In this document: positions 36,010 to 44,065 of the stretch, one piece after another
How the letters are laid out: the number at the start of each line of letters is the position of its first letter
Numbering within the stretch: position 1 is the first letter of the stretch
Assembly (NCBI GenBank): GCA_039585915.1
Contig: JBDGUZ010000016.1
Location: 1 to 44,065 of the forward strand
DNA length: 44,065 nt
Reading direction: 5' to 3'
DNA from: Gemmatimonadota bacterium
GTDB lineage: Bacteria > Gemmatimonadota > Gemmatimonadetes > Palauibacterales > Palauibacteraceae
The notes under the pieces: model-generated
Seen by the model: only the letters and a program-made list of their open reading frames with translations
Database searches by the model: none
What the model was told of the DNA's origin: nothing
Position numbers and translations under genes: made by a program

Positions 36010-36888
36010 TCAGTCCCAGCGATAGAAGCCCTGTCCGGACTTCTTTCCGAGTTTGCCTCCATCGACCATGCGCTCCAGCAGCTCCGGGGGACGGAACCGG
36101 TCTCCGCCGAGCGCCCGGTCCAGATACCGCGCGATCTCGAGCCTGACGTCCAGTCCCACGAGGTCCGTGAGTCGGAGCGGGCCCATCGGGTGTCGATACC
36201 CGAGCTCCATGGCCCTGTCGATGTCCGCCGGGGAAGCGACGTCCTCCTGCACCATTCGAATCGCTTCGAGTCCGAGGGCCACCCCGAGACGCGAGGACGC
36301 GAATCCGGGGCTGTCGCGGACGACGATCGGCTGCTTGCCGAGGCGCACCGCGAACGATCGGGCCTGCTCGACCACGCGCTCGGCCGTCCGGTCACCGCGC
36401 ACGACCTCGACCAGCGCCATGATGTGAACGGGGTTGAAGAAGTGAATGCCGACGACTCGCTCGGGCCCGGGCAGCGGCGCGGCGATCGCGGATATCGACA
36501 GTGAGGAGGTGTTGGACGCCAGCACGCAGTCTGTCGTGACCCCGGCGGCCGCCCGGTCCAGCAACTCCCGCTTGAGCTCGAGGCGTTCAGGGGCTGCCTC
36601 GATCACGAGTTGCGTATCGCTGACAGCGGCCCCGAGTCCCGACTCGAGCGTCAGGCGGTCCAGCGTCGCGTCCCGTTGCACGGGCTCGACTTTCCCGAGA
36701 TCAACGCCCCGGTCAAGGTTCCCTGCGATCTGCCCCCGGGCGCGCGAGAGTGCGTCCTCATCGATGTCGAACAGCCTCGTGTCGAGCCCGGCGGAGGCAC
36801 ACACCTGGGCGATTCCGTGACCCATGGTGCCGGCGCCGAGAACGGCCACACTCAGGATCGGACCGGGTTCGGGGTCGCAGCCCATCAC
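36010..36888 (-). CDS. 3-hydroxyacyl-CoA dehydrogenase (Hbd/PaaH-like)
   Basis: GAGTMGHGIA Rossmann motif, IEA.PE, ASNTSSLSI, GIHFFNP, PGF...R, HPMGPL.LTD.VGLD, LGKKSGQGFY. Confidence 0.95.
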   Translation of the reverse strand: MMGCDPEPGPILSVAVLGAGTMGHGIAQVCASAGLDTRLFDIDEDALSRARGQIAGNLDRGVDLGKVEPVQRDATLDRLTLESGLGAAVSDTQLVIEAAPERLELKRELLDRAAAGVTTDCVLASNTSSLSISAIAAPLPGPERVVGIHFFNPVHIMALVEVVRGDRTAERVVEQARSFAVRLGKQPIVVRDSPGFASSRLGVALGLEAIRMVQEDVASPADIDRAMELGYRHPMGPLRLTDLVGLDVRLEIARYLDRALGGDRFRPPELLERMVDGGKLGKKSGQGFYRWD

Positions 36889-37403
36889 TTGCTCTCAGGC
36901 GAGGATTCGGCCGGATAATCCCATGCGATCGGTTTTCGTCGAATGATCGCCATGGCCTCGAAGCCGAAGTCCTCGGCGAGGCGATTCGGCTCCTCTTCGA
37001 GTGCGCTGGTAAACACGCGAACCTCCGTAAGCTCCATCTCCCTCGCCCAGCGGTACGCGGCGTCCAGAAGTAGCCGCAGGTGTCCACGCCCCCTGGCCTC
37101 CGGCCTGACATACGGAGTCTGGAGACGCCCGAAACGGGGCGGGCTGAAGTACGACATGTTCTCCTCGACACAGCACGAGAGCATTCCATCCAGCCCACCG
37201 TCCGGTCGATCGATGACGAACACGGCCGAGTCAGGACCGCTGACATGGCGCTCGAACAACGAACGCCGGGCCTCGACTCCACCGGGAGGAATATTCCGGT
37301 AGGCGGGATTCTGTCGGCTGATCCGGATATAGTGGACCCACATCGCCGTGATCTCGTCCAGGTCTTCCGGCGTGGCTCTTCGAACCGTGCTGTCGCGCCT
37401 CAT
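36885..37403 (-). CDS. GNAT-family N-acetyltransferase
   Basis: VRRATPEDL, YVRPEARGRG (acetyl-CoA-binding motif A), FGF near the C-terminus; ATG overlaps the upstream stop (ATGA). Confidence 0.8.
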   Translation of the reverse strand: MRRDSTVRRATPEDLDEITAMWVHYIRISRQNPAYRNIPPGGVEARRSLFERHVSGPDSAVFVIDRPDGGLDGMLSCCVEENMSYFSPPRFGRLQTPYVRPEARGRGHLRLLLDAAYRWAREMELTEVRVFTSALEEEPNRLAEDFGFEAMAIIRRKPIAWDYPAESSPESK

Positions 37404-38188
37404 TCTCCGGCTCCAAATCGAGGTGACCGCTTCTCGATGAACGCCCTCGTTCCTTCGAGAGCGTCCGCCGAACGGAAGCACCGATTCTGCGCTTCCGCTT
37501 CATAGTCCAGCATTTCATCGAGCGTGGCTTCGTAACTGCGCTGGAGCGCCTGCTTCGCGAGGGCGAGAGCGAGGGAAGGTTTCGCGGCCAGGCGGCCGGC
37601 CCACTCCATAGTCATCGCCTCCAGCTCATCGTGGGGTACGACTCGATTCACCAGCCCGATCCGTTCGGCCTCGATCGCATCGATCATGTCGCCGAAAAAG
37701 AACAGCTCCGCGGCGCGGGCCCGACCGATCAGGCGGGGAAGCAACCAGGTGCCACCCCAGTCCGGGTGCAGTCCGATCCGGTTGAACGTCTGGCCGATCG
37801 AAGCTCGGTCCGAGGCGATTCGTAGATCACACGCGAGGGCGAGATTCGCTCCTCCGCCGGCCGCCGGCCCGTTCAGGGATCCGATGACTGGCTTGGGCAT
37901 GGAAGTGATGGCGCCGATCACCCGCCTGCCTGCGGTGACGAGAGCGTTCGCCTCTTCCAGTTCGCCACGCTCGAGCAGCCCGGCCAAATAACCCACGTCC
38001 GCCCCGGTGCAGAACGCCCGTCCCTTTCCGGTCACGATGACGACGCGAACGTCGTCCCGGCTCGCTACCTCCTCCAGGGTCATGCCGATCTCGTCACGCA
38101 TGGTGCCGAAGAATGCGTTGAGTTTCTCCGGCCGGTTCAGGGTCACGGTGCCGATCCCACCAGCGACGTGGAGGAGGACGTGCGTCAT
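37400..38188 (-). CDS. Enoyl-CoA hydratase/isomerase, PaaG-like
   Basis: [30 protein letters not shown] (no catalytic Glu), [11 protein letters not shown] (PaaG-type Asp). Start 38188 is ATGA-coupled to the thiolase. Confidence 0.85.
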   Translation of the reverse strand: MTHVLLHVAGGIGTVTLNRPEKLNAFFGTMRDEIGMTLEEVASRDDVRVVIVTGKGRAFCTGADVGYLAGLLERGELEEANALVTAGRRVIGAITSMPKPVIGSLNGPAAGGGANLALACDLRIASDRASIGQTFNRIGLHPDWGGTWLLPRLIGRARAAELFFFGDMIDAIEAERIGLVNRVVPHDELEAMTMEWAGRLAAKPSLALALAKQALQRSYEATLDEMLDYEAEAQNRCFRSADALEGTRAFIEKRSPRFGAGE

Positions 38189-39423
38189 GACGTCTGCTCT
38201 GCGTGGACGATCGTGGCGATTCCCTGTCCGACACCGACGCACATCGTGACGAGGCCGGTCCGGGCCCCACGACGTCTCATCTCGTGAACGAGAGTCGTCA
38301 GCAGCCTGGCGCCGGTGCAGCCCAGCGGGTGACCGAGCGCGATCGCCCCGCCGTTGACGTTCACCCGGGCCGGGTCCAGCCCGAGCTCGCGGATGCACGG
38401 GATCGCCTGGGCCGCGAACGCCTCGTTCAATTCGACGATGTCGATGTCGTCGATCGACAGGCCGGCACGCTGGAGCACCTTGCGAACCGCCGGGACCGGG
38501 CCGAGACCCATGCGTTGCGGCTCGACTCCGGCGACGGCCGTAGCGCCGATCCGGGCGAGCGGCTCCAGGTCGTATTCCCGCGCGGCGTCTCGACTCGCCA
38601 GCAGCAACGCCGCAGCACCATCGTTGATGCCGGAGGAGTTACCGGCCGTCACTGTGCCACCGGGCCGGAACGCGGGTCGAAGTCGTGCGAGTCCGTCCGC
38701 CGTGACGTCTGGTCTCGGGTGCTCGTCCTCCCGTACGACGATCGGATCGCCGCGTCGCTGAGGGACCTCCACCGGAACGATCTCTTCGTTGAACCGCCCT
38801 TCGTTCAGCGCCCTGGCGGCACGCCGCTGGCTTTCGAGCGCAAACGCGTCCTGCTCCTCCCGCGTGACCGGCGGCTCGCTGCCCGTGATTTCGGCAGTCT
38901 CTCCCAGCGACACGGTCCATTCCGAGGGCATCCGGGGGTTGATAAACCTCCACCCGATCGTCGTGTCAGCTGAGAGCGGGTCCATGCGGGCGAACCCGGT
39001 CTCCGGCTTGAGCGTCACCCACGGAGCCCTGGACATGCTCTCGACCCCGCCGGCGACGAACAGGTCGCCTTCTCCACACCTGATCGCGTGTGCCGCGCTG
39101 ACCACGGCCTGCAGTCCCGATCCGCACAGCCGGTTCACGGTCTGCCCCGCTACCTCGACGGGGAGACCCGCGAGCAGGGACGCCATGCGCGCCACGTTCC
39201 GGGTATCCTCGCCGGCCTGGTTCGCGCATCCCATCACCACGTCCTCGATCCGATCCGCCGGCACGCCCGTTCGATCGACGATTTCCCGAATCACGATGGC
39301 CAGCAGATCGTCCGGGCGGACCCTGGCGAGTGCGCCACCGTGGCGCCCGACGGGCGTGCGCAACGCCCCGCAGATCAGTGCATCGCGGGGACCCGGAGTG
39401 CTCGGCGCAGTCGGCGTGCTCAC
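38185..39423 (-). CDS. Acetyl-CoA C-acyltransferase (thiolase), PaaJ/PcaF 3-oxoadipyl-CoA thiolase-like
   Basis: [56 protein letters not shown]; GTG 39423 overlaps the ALDH stop. Confidence 0.93.
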   Translation of the reverse strand: MSTPTAPSTPGPRDALICGALRTPVGRHGGALARVRPDDLLAIVIREIVDRTGVPADRIEDVVMGCANQAGEDTRNVARMASLLAGLPVEVAGQTVNRLCGSGLQAVVSAAHAIRCGEGDLFVAGGVESMSRAPWVTLKPETGFARMDPLSADTTIGWRFINPRMPSEWTVSLGETAEITGSEPPVTREEQDAFALESQRRAARALNEGRFNEEIVPVEVPQRRGDPIVVREDEHPRPDVTADGLARLRPAFRPGGTVTAGNSSGINDGAAALLLASRDAAREYDLEPLARIGATAVAGVEPQRMGLGPVPAVRKVLQRAGLSIDDIDIVELNEAFAAQAIPCIRELGLDPARVNVNGGAIALGHPLGCTGARLLTTLVHEMRRRGARTGLVTMCVGVGQGIATIVHAEQTS

Positions 39424-40859
39424 TGCAGGCTCACCCAGACGCTCTTGGTCTGCGTGTATTCTTCGAGCGCCTGCCGCCCCAGGTCCCGGCCGAAGCCCGA
39501 GCTCTTGAATCCGCCGAACGGCGAGCCTGGATCGTACCGGTTGTAAGTGTTCACCCACACCGTGCCCGCCTTCACCGCGGCGGCGAACTGGTGCGCTTTG
39601 GCCACGTCACGGGTCCACACACCGGACGCGAGCCCGTAGATCGTGTCGTTCGCCTGCGCGATCGCGTCGTCGAGGTCCTCGAACGGAAGCGCCGCCAGCA
39701 CCGGCCCGAAGATCTCCTCACGGGCGATTCGCATCTCCGGCTCGACCTCATCGAACAGAGTCGCCTCGACGAAATATCCCCGCCCGTCCACCGTCGCGGC
39801 CTTTCCGCCGGCCAGGAGAGTCGCGCCCTCGGAGACACCGGAGGCGATGTACCCCAGAACTCGCTCGTGCTGGGTCTTCGAAACGAGCGGCCCGAGCCTG
39901 GTCGTCGCTTCCATCGGGTCGCCGATCGTAGTCTTCGCGGTTCGTCCGGCGAGCTTCTCGAGGAACTCATCCCGGATCGACTCCTGGACGAACAGCCGTG
40001 AGCCGGCCGCGCACACCTCGCCCTTGCCGTAGAAGATACCGGTGATCACGCCCCGGACCGCAGCTTCCAGGTCGGCGTCCGCGAACACGACGTGCGGAGA
40101 CTTTCCGCCGAGCTCGAGCGAAATCTTCTTCAGGGACCCGGCCGCCGTTTTCATCACGATCCGGCCGGTCTCGGTCGATCCGGTGAACGAGATCTTATCG
40201 ACTCCCGGATGCTCGACCAGGGCCTGTCCGGTTACCGGGCCACGGCCGGGAATGACATTCAGAACTCCCGGTGGGAATCCGGCCTCGAGGGCCAGTTCCC
40301 CCAGCAGCAGCGCCGTGAGAGGTGTTTCTTCAGCCGGTTTCAGGACCACCGTGTTCCCGCACGCCAGGGCCGGCGCGACTTTCCACGAGGCCAGGTTCAG
40401 CGGGAAATTCCACGGTACGATCGCACCGACTACTCCGAGCGGTTCGCGCCGAGTGTAGTTCAGGAACGGACCGGAGACCGGGATCACATCGCCGGCCAGC
40501 TTATCCGCCCACCCGGCGTAGTAGCGAAGGTTCGAGACCACGAACGGAATGTCGACTTTCGCGGACTCGAACAGCGGTTTGCCGTTATCCGACGTCTCGA
40601 CCCGGGCGATCGCCGGAAGATTCTGTTCGACGAGATCGGCGAGTCGCCACAGAAGCTCGGCTCGCCGGTGCACGTCCATGCCACGCCAGGCGGGGTCTTC
40701 GAACGCCTCGCGGGCGGACCCGACGGCTGCGTCGACCTCTGCGGGTCCCGCTTCCTCCACCAGGGCGATGACTTCTTCGGTCGCCGGGTTGATCGTCTCG
40801 AAGCGGTCGTGACCCTCGGTCCACGAGCCGCCGATCAACAGTTTCGTGCGCTGGTCCAT
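39420..40859 (-). CDS. NAD(P)-dependent aldehyde dehydrogenase
   Basis: [53 protein letters not shown]. Confidence 0.96.
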   Translation of the reverse strand: MDQRTKLLIGGSWTEGHDRFETINPATEEVIALVEEAGPAEVDAAVGSAREAFEDPAWRGMDVHRRAELLWRLADLVEQNLPAIARVETSDNGKPLFESAKVDIPFVVSNLRYYAGWADKLAGDVIPVSGPFLNYTRREPLGVVGAIVPWNFPLNLASWKVAPALACGNTVVLKPAEETPLTALLLGELALEAGFPPGVLNVIPGRGPVTGQALVEHPGVDKISFTGSTETGRIVMKTAAGSLKKISLELGGKSPHVVFADADLEAAVRGVITGIFYGKGEVCAAGSRLFVQESIRDEFLEKLAGRTAKTTIGDPMEATTRLGPLVSKTQHERVLGYIASGVSEGATLLAGGKAATVDGRGYFVEATLFDEVEPEMRIAREEIFGPVLAALPFEDLDDAIAQANDTIYGLASGVWTRDVAKAHQFAAAVKAGTVWVNTYNRYDPGSPFGGFKSSGFGRDLGRQALEEYTQTKSVWVSLQ

Positions 40860-40886
40860 GTTCGGTCGGTTCCGGGCTGGAAGGGA

Positions 40887-40912
40887 GGGGCCGCGGCGGT
40901 TGCCACGGCCCC
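40887..40912 (-). other. Intra-operon GC-rich hairpin between the first crotonase and the ALDH gene
   Basis: Minus-strand RNA GGGGCCGUGGC-AACC-GCCGCGGCCCC (11 bp including one G-U), followed by UCCCUUCC. Confidence 0.5.
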
Positions 40913-40934
40913 GGATATCAGTCGAGTCGAAGCC

Positions 40935-41723
40935 CTACTGTCCGGTGAATTCCGGCGCGCGTTTCTCGATATAGGCGTTCAGGCCTTCGCGTGCATCGTC
41001 CCCCTGGAACAGCAGCTGCTGCAGCTCACGCTCGATTGCCAGTCCCTCTGAGAACGGGACCTCGACGCCGCTGCACACGGCCCGCTTGATACGGCCGACG
41101 GCCCGTGAGGCCTTGTTCGGCGGAACGAACTGTTTCGCATACTCCATCACGTCATCGAAGAAGTTGTCGGCCTCGAAGATCTTGTTGACGATTCCGAGGC
41201 TTGCCGCCTCCTCGAACTCGAAAGTCGAGCCCTCCACCATCACTTCGATCGCCTTCGACTTCCCGAGTAGCCGGCCGAGACGCTGCGTTCCGCCCGTTCC
41301 CGGGAGTACTCCAAGCGTCACCTCCGGCAGACCGATCTTGCCTCCGCCCTGCTTGGCGATTCGCAGATCTGCAGCGAGCGCAATCTCCAATCCGCCTCCC
41401 ACCGTGTGGCCGTTCAGCGCCGCGATCACGAGCTTCGGAGTCTGCTCGAGGCGGTTCAGCGCCTCGTTGGCGTGCAGGCAGAAGTAGTACTTGAAATACG
41501 GGTCGGAGGTCTGGAGCATCCGGATGTTCGCCCCGGCGCTGAAGAACTTCTCGCCGGCTCCGCGAATGACGATCACGTGTACGCTCTCATCGAATCGAGC
41601 CTTCACGATCGCCGCGTCCAGCTCCACCATCATTTCGTGCGTATACGTGTTCGCGGGTGGGTCATCCATCGTGAAAACCGCGACACCATCCTGCACCTCG
41701 TACCCGATCAGCTGCTCGGCCAT
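40935..41723 (-). CDS. Enoyl-CoA hydratase/isomerase family protein
   Basis: GGAGA RBS; DDPPANTY, FFSAGANI, GGGLEIALAAD, GLPEVTLGVLPGTGGTQRL. The true start is MAEQLIG at 41723; the upstream part of the listed 600-aa ORF is an antisense shadow of nfeD. Confidence 0.92.
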   Translation of the reverse strand: MAEQLIGYEVQDGVAVFTMDDPPANTYTHEMMVELDAAIVKARFDESVHVIVIRGAGEKFFSAGANIRMLQTSDPYFKYYFCLHANEALNRLEQTPKLVIAALNGHTVGGGLEIALAADLRIAKQGGGKIGLPEVTLGVLPGTGGTQRLGRLLGKSKAIEVMVEGSTFEFEEAASLGIVNKIFEADNFFDDVMEYAKQFVPPNKASRAVGRIKRAVCSGVEVPFSEGLAIERELQQLLFQGDDAREGLNAYIEKRAPEFTGQ

Positions 41724-41861
41724 CTTCGTCTCATCTCCCGGTCTGTTTCTGGGTCCACTCGAACGGCAACCAAAAAAGCTAGCGGCAGTCCGGATGGGAT
41801 GACAGGGTGGAGATCTTGCGGGCGATCGGCGAAGCCGTGCACCCGCCTGTCGGGCAACGTC

Positions 41862-41890
41862 TTGGGTCGATCGCCGCCGGGCGCTATCAT
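41862..41890 (+). promoter_or_regulatory. Candidate sigma70 promoter for nfeD-floA, possibly producing a leaderless mRNA
   Basis: TTGGGT (41862-41867), 17 nt, TATCAT (41885-41890); ATG 7 nt downstream. Confidence 0.45.
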
Positions 41891-41897
41891 TACAGGT

Positions 41898-43268
41898 ATG
41901 AAGACACATCCGCGACTGGTCGCTGGTGCTCTCGCCGCCGGGCTCGCTGCGACCGCGGTATCCACAGTCACGGCGGGCCTGCAGGTGTCTCAGGTCGTTG
42001 TTCGGATCCCTGTGACCGGGACCGTCGAGCTGGGACTCGCACCGTTCGTCGAGCGCAGTCTCGATGAGGCCGTGAGCAGCGGCGCCGCCCTCGCCGTGCT
42101 CGATATCGATACTCCGGGAGGCCGGATCGACGCTGCCTGGCAGATCGTCGATGCCGTGAAAGATGCCGGAATCCCCACCGCCGCGTACGTGAACCACCGG
42201 GCGCTGTCGGCCGGCGCGATGATCGCGCTCGCCGCCGACGAGGTCTACATGCGGCCCGGCTCGAGCCTCGGCGCGGCGACGCCGGTGGATTCGAAGGGGA
42301 ACAGAGCCTCCGAGAAGATGGTGAGCGCCATGCGGGCCGAGTTCCGGTCTCTGGCCGAGGAGCAGGGGTTTGATCCGCTGATCGGAGAGGCGATGGTGGA
42401 CGAGTCGGTGGAGATCGAGGGGCTCGTTTCCAGTGAGAAGCTCCTCACTCTCACGACCGAGGAAGCGATCGGCGCCGGAGTGGCAGACGCCAGCGTGGCC
42501 GACTGGACGGAATTGCTCGCGCTGACCGGGCTCGAAGGTGCCGCGACGGTCGACGTCCAACCCAACTGGGCCGAAGGGCTCGTCCGCCTGCTCACACACC
42601 CGCTCCTGGCTCCGATGCTGCTCAGCCTCGGATTCCTGGGTCTTCTGGTGGAGATCAAGACGCCGACGTTCGGGCTCGCCGGAGGGCTCGGGGTGCTGTT
42701 TCTCGCCGCTTTCTTCGGAGCACGGTGGCTGGTTCACCTCGCAGGGTTGGAGGAGATCCTTCTACTCGGCGCCGGTGTAGTCCTGGTAGCCCTGGAAGTG
42801 CTCGTCGTCCCCGGTGTAGGCGCCGCGGGAATTCTCGGAAGTCTCGCGATCCTGGCGAGTGTCACTCTCAGCATGCTAGGAAGCTATCCCACGATGAGTG
42901 AAGTCATCAGTGCACTTGGTATCCTGGCGGTCTCCCTGCTGGCTCTAGGGCTTCTCGCCTTCGGCGTGCTGCGCCACCTTCCACACAGCAAGGGAATGGC
43001 GGGGATCTTCCTCAAGCGCTCGACGAGTCGGGAAACGGGCTATCTGTCCGCGCCCGATTTGTCGGGAATGATTGGAGAATCGGGGACCGCTCTCACGGAC
43101 CTCCGACCATCCGGTACGGCCGGATTCGGAGACGACCGACTCGATGTCGTGACCGAAGGACCGTGGATCGAACAGGGAACGAAGGTCGTCGTAGTGCGCG
43201 ACGGAGTCTCGGGTCTCGTGGTACGCGAGCTTCCTACTGAATCGGAATCAGAGCCGCGTGAGTCGTAG
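41898..43268 (+). CDS. nfeD: NfeD-family membrane serine protease (long form, YqeZ-like)
   Basis: Signal/TM; [37 protein letters not shown]; TM bundle with E..TP.FG..G and E..V.PG.G..G; C-terminal OB-fold TDLRPSG. Confidence 0.9.
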   Translation: MKTHPRLVAGALAAGLAATAVSTVTAGLQVSQVVVRIPVTGTVELGLAPFVERSLDEAVSSGAALAVLDIDTPGGRIDAAWQIVDAVKDAGIPTAAYVNHRALSAGAMIALAADEVYMRPGSSLGAATPVDSKGNRASEKMVSAMRAEFRSLAEEQGFDPLIGEAMVDESVEIEGLVSSEKLLTLTTEEAIGAGVADASVADWTELLALTGLEGAATVDVQPNWAEGLVRLLTHPLLAPMLLSLGFLGLLVEIKTPTFGLAGGLGVLFLAAFFGARWLVHLAGLEEILLLGAGVVLVALEVLVVPGVGAAGILGSLAILASVTLSMLGSYPTMSEVISALGILAVSLLALGLLAFGVLRHLPHSKGMAGIFLKRSTSRETGYLSAPDLSGMIGESGTALTDLRPSGTAGFGDDRLDVVTEGPWIEQGTKVVVVRDGVSGLVVRELPTESESEPRES

Positions 43269-43315
43269 TCGCGGCCCCGTCTGCGGTCCTCAGGCCCGCA
43301 AGGAGACACACTGTC

Positions 43316-44065
43316 ATGAATGACGCTACAGCGGTTGGAGCAATCTTCATCGCCATCATGGTTGTCCTCGGCATGCTGCTCGTCAGCTGGGCGGTACCGA
43401 TCCGGCTGTGGATCGAAGCCATGGCGAGCGGGGTCCACGTGGGACTCGGGAGCCTGGTCGGTATGCGGCTGAGAAAGGTAAGCCCGCCGGCGATCGTCCG
43501 GCCGCTGATCGCCGCCACGAAGGCCGGCCTGCACCTCGACGTGAACGAGTTCGAGGCCCACTATCTCGCGGGTGGCGACGTGGCCCGGGTGGCGAACGCG
43601 CTGATCTCGGCCGACAAGGCGAATATCGACCTCGGATTCGAGCAGGCGGCAGCGATCGACCTGGCGGGACGCGATGTGTTCGAAGCCGTGCAGGTCTCCG
43701 TGAACCCCAAAGTGATCGAGGTGCCGAAAGTCGCGGCAATGGCCAAGGACGGGATTCAGTTGATCGCGCTGGCGCGCGTTACCGTGCGCGCCAACATCAA
43801 CCGACTGGTCGGCGGCGCCGGTGAAGAGACGATTCTGGCGCGGGTCGGCGAGGGGATCGTCAGCACGATCGGATCGGCCAATTCCCACAAGGCCGTGCTC
43901 GAGAACCCCGACGCGATCTCGAAGACGGTTCTCGCCAAGGGGCTGGACAGCGGAACGGCGTTCGAAATCCTGTCGATCGACATTGCGGACGTGGATGTGG
44001 GCAAGAACATCGGCGCCGAGCTGCAGATCGACCAGGCGGAGGCCGACAAGCAGATCGCCCAGGCC
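43316..44065 (+). CDS. floA: Flotillin-like protein FloA (YqfA/UPF0365), 3' truncated by the window; absent from the ORF track
   Basis: AAGGAG RBS; my translation gives [15 protein letters not shown]...[75 protein letters not shown]. Confidence 0.95.
   Translation, partial: MNDATAVGAIFIAIMVVLGMLLVSWAVPIRLWIEAMASGVHVGLGSLVGMRLRKVSPPAIVRPLIAATKAGLHLDVNEFEAHYLAGGDVARVANALISADKANIDLGFEQAAAIDLAGRDVFEAVQVSVNPKVIEVPKVAAMAKDGIQLIALARVTVRANINRLVGGAGEETILARVGEGIVSTIGSANSHKAVLENPDAISKTVLAKGLDSGTAFEILSIDIADVDVGKNIGAELQIDQAEADKQIAQA

Noticed and set aside
1-44065. CRISPR arrays, tRNA/rRNA genes, transposases, integrases, prophage or anti-phage defence genes
   Set aside because: Intergenic gaps are all under about 200 nt, and I saw no repeat-spacer pattern, cloverleaf or mobile-element/defence protein motifs.

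Overview
A GC-rich (roughly two-thirds GC by eye), gene-dense bacterial chromosomal segment with about 41 genes. Gene content and order (ptsN-vanZ-aspS-phoH-7TM/HD-ybeY-DUF502-mgtE, a secreted beta-propeller, an S8 protease with a FlgD/CTD-like tail) suggest Gemmatimonadota; this is an inference. I found no rRNA, tRNA, CRISPR array or mobile element. Main blocks: (1) secreted S8 and M28 peptidases, NFACT/RqcH, YqeK-LytR_C and rlmN; (2) a housekeeping run from ptsN to mgtE; (3) a B12-dependent acyl-CoA mutase cluster (meaB, large and small subunits with isobutyryl-CoA-mutase-type residues, a carboxyltransferase, a split AtuA-like pair, a LiuC-like hydratase); (4) a small minus-strand operon of a membrane-anchored thioredoxin-fold protein plus two paralogous secreted 72-aa six-cysteine peptides, which is the best candidate for an undescribed system; (5) a short RecQ, an acyl-CoA dehydrogenase, an RNase E/G-family gene and rplU-rpmA, where L21 is fused to an E3-binding (PSBD-like) domain; (6) a minus-strand PaaFGHJ-like/ALDH beta-oxidation operon; (7) nfeD-floA. 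Three genes carry lesions that may be assembly errors: an in-frame TAG in the LytR_C gene, a frameshift or deletion in phoH, and a 1-nt insertion in the carboxyltransferase. All family assignments come from motif recognition, not database searches.
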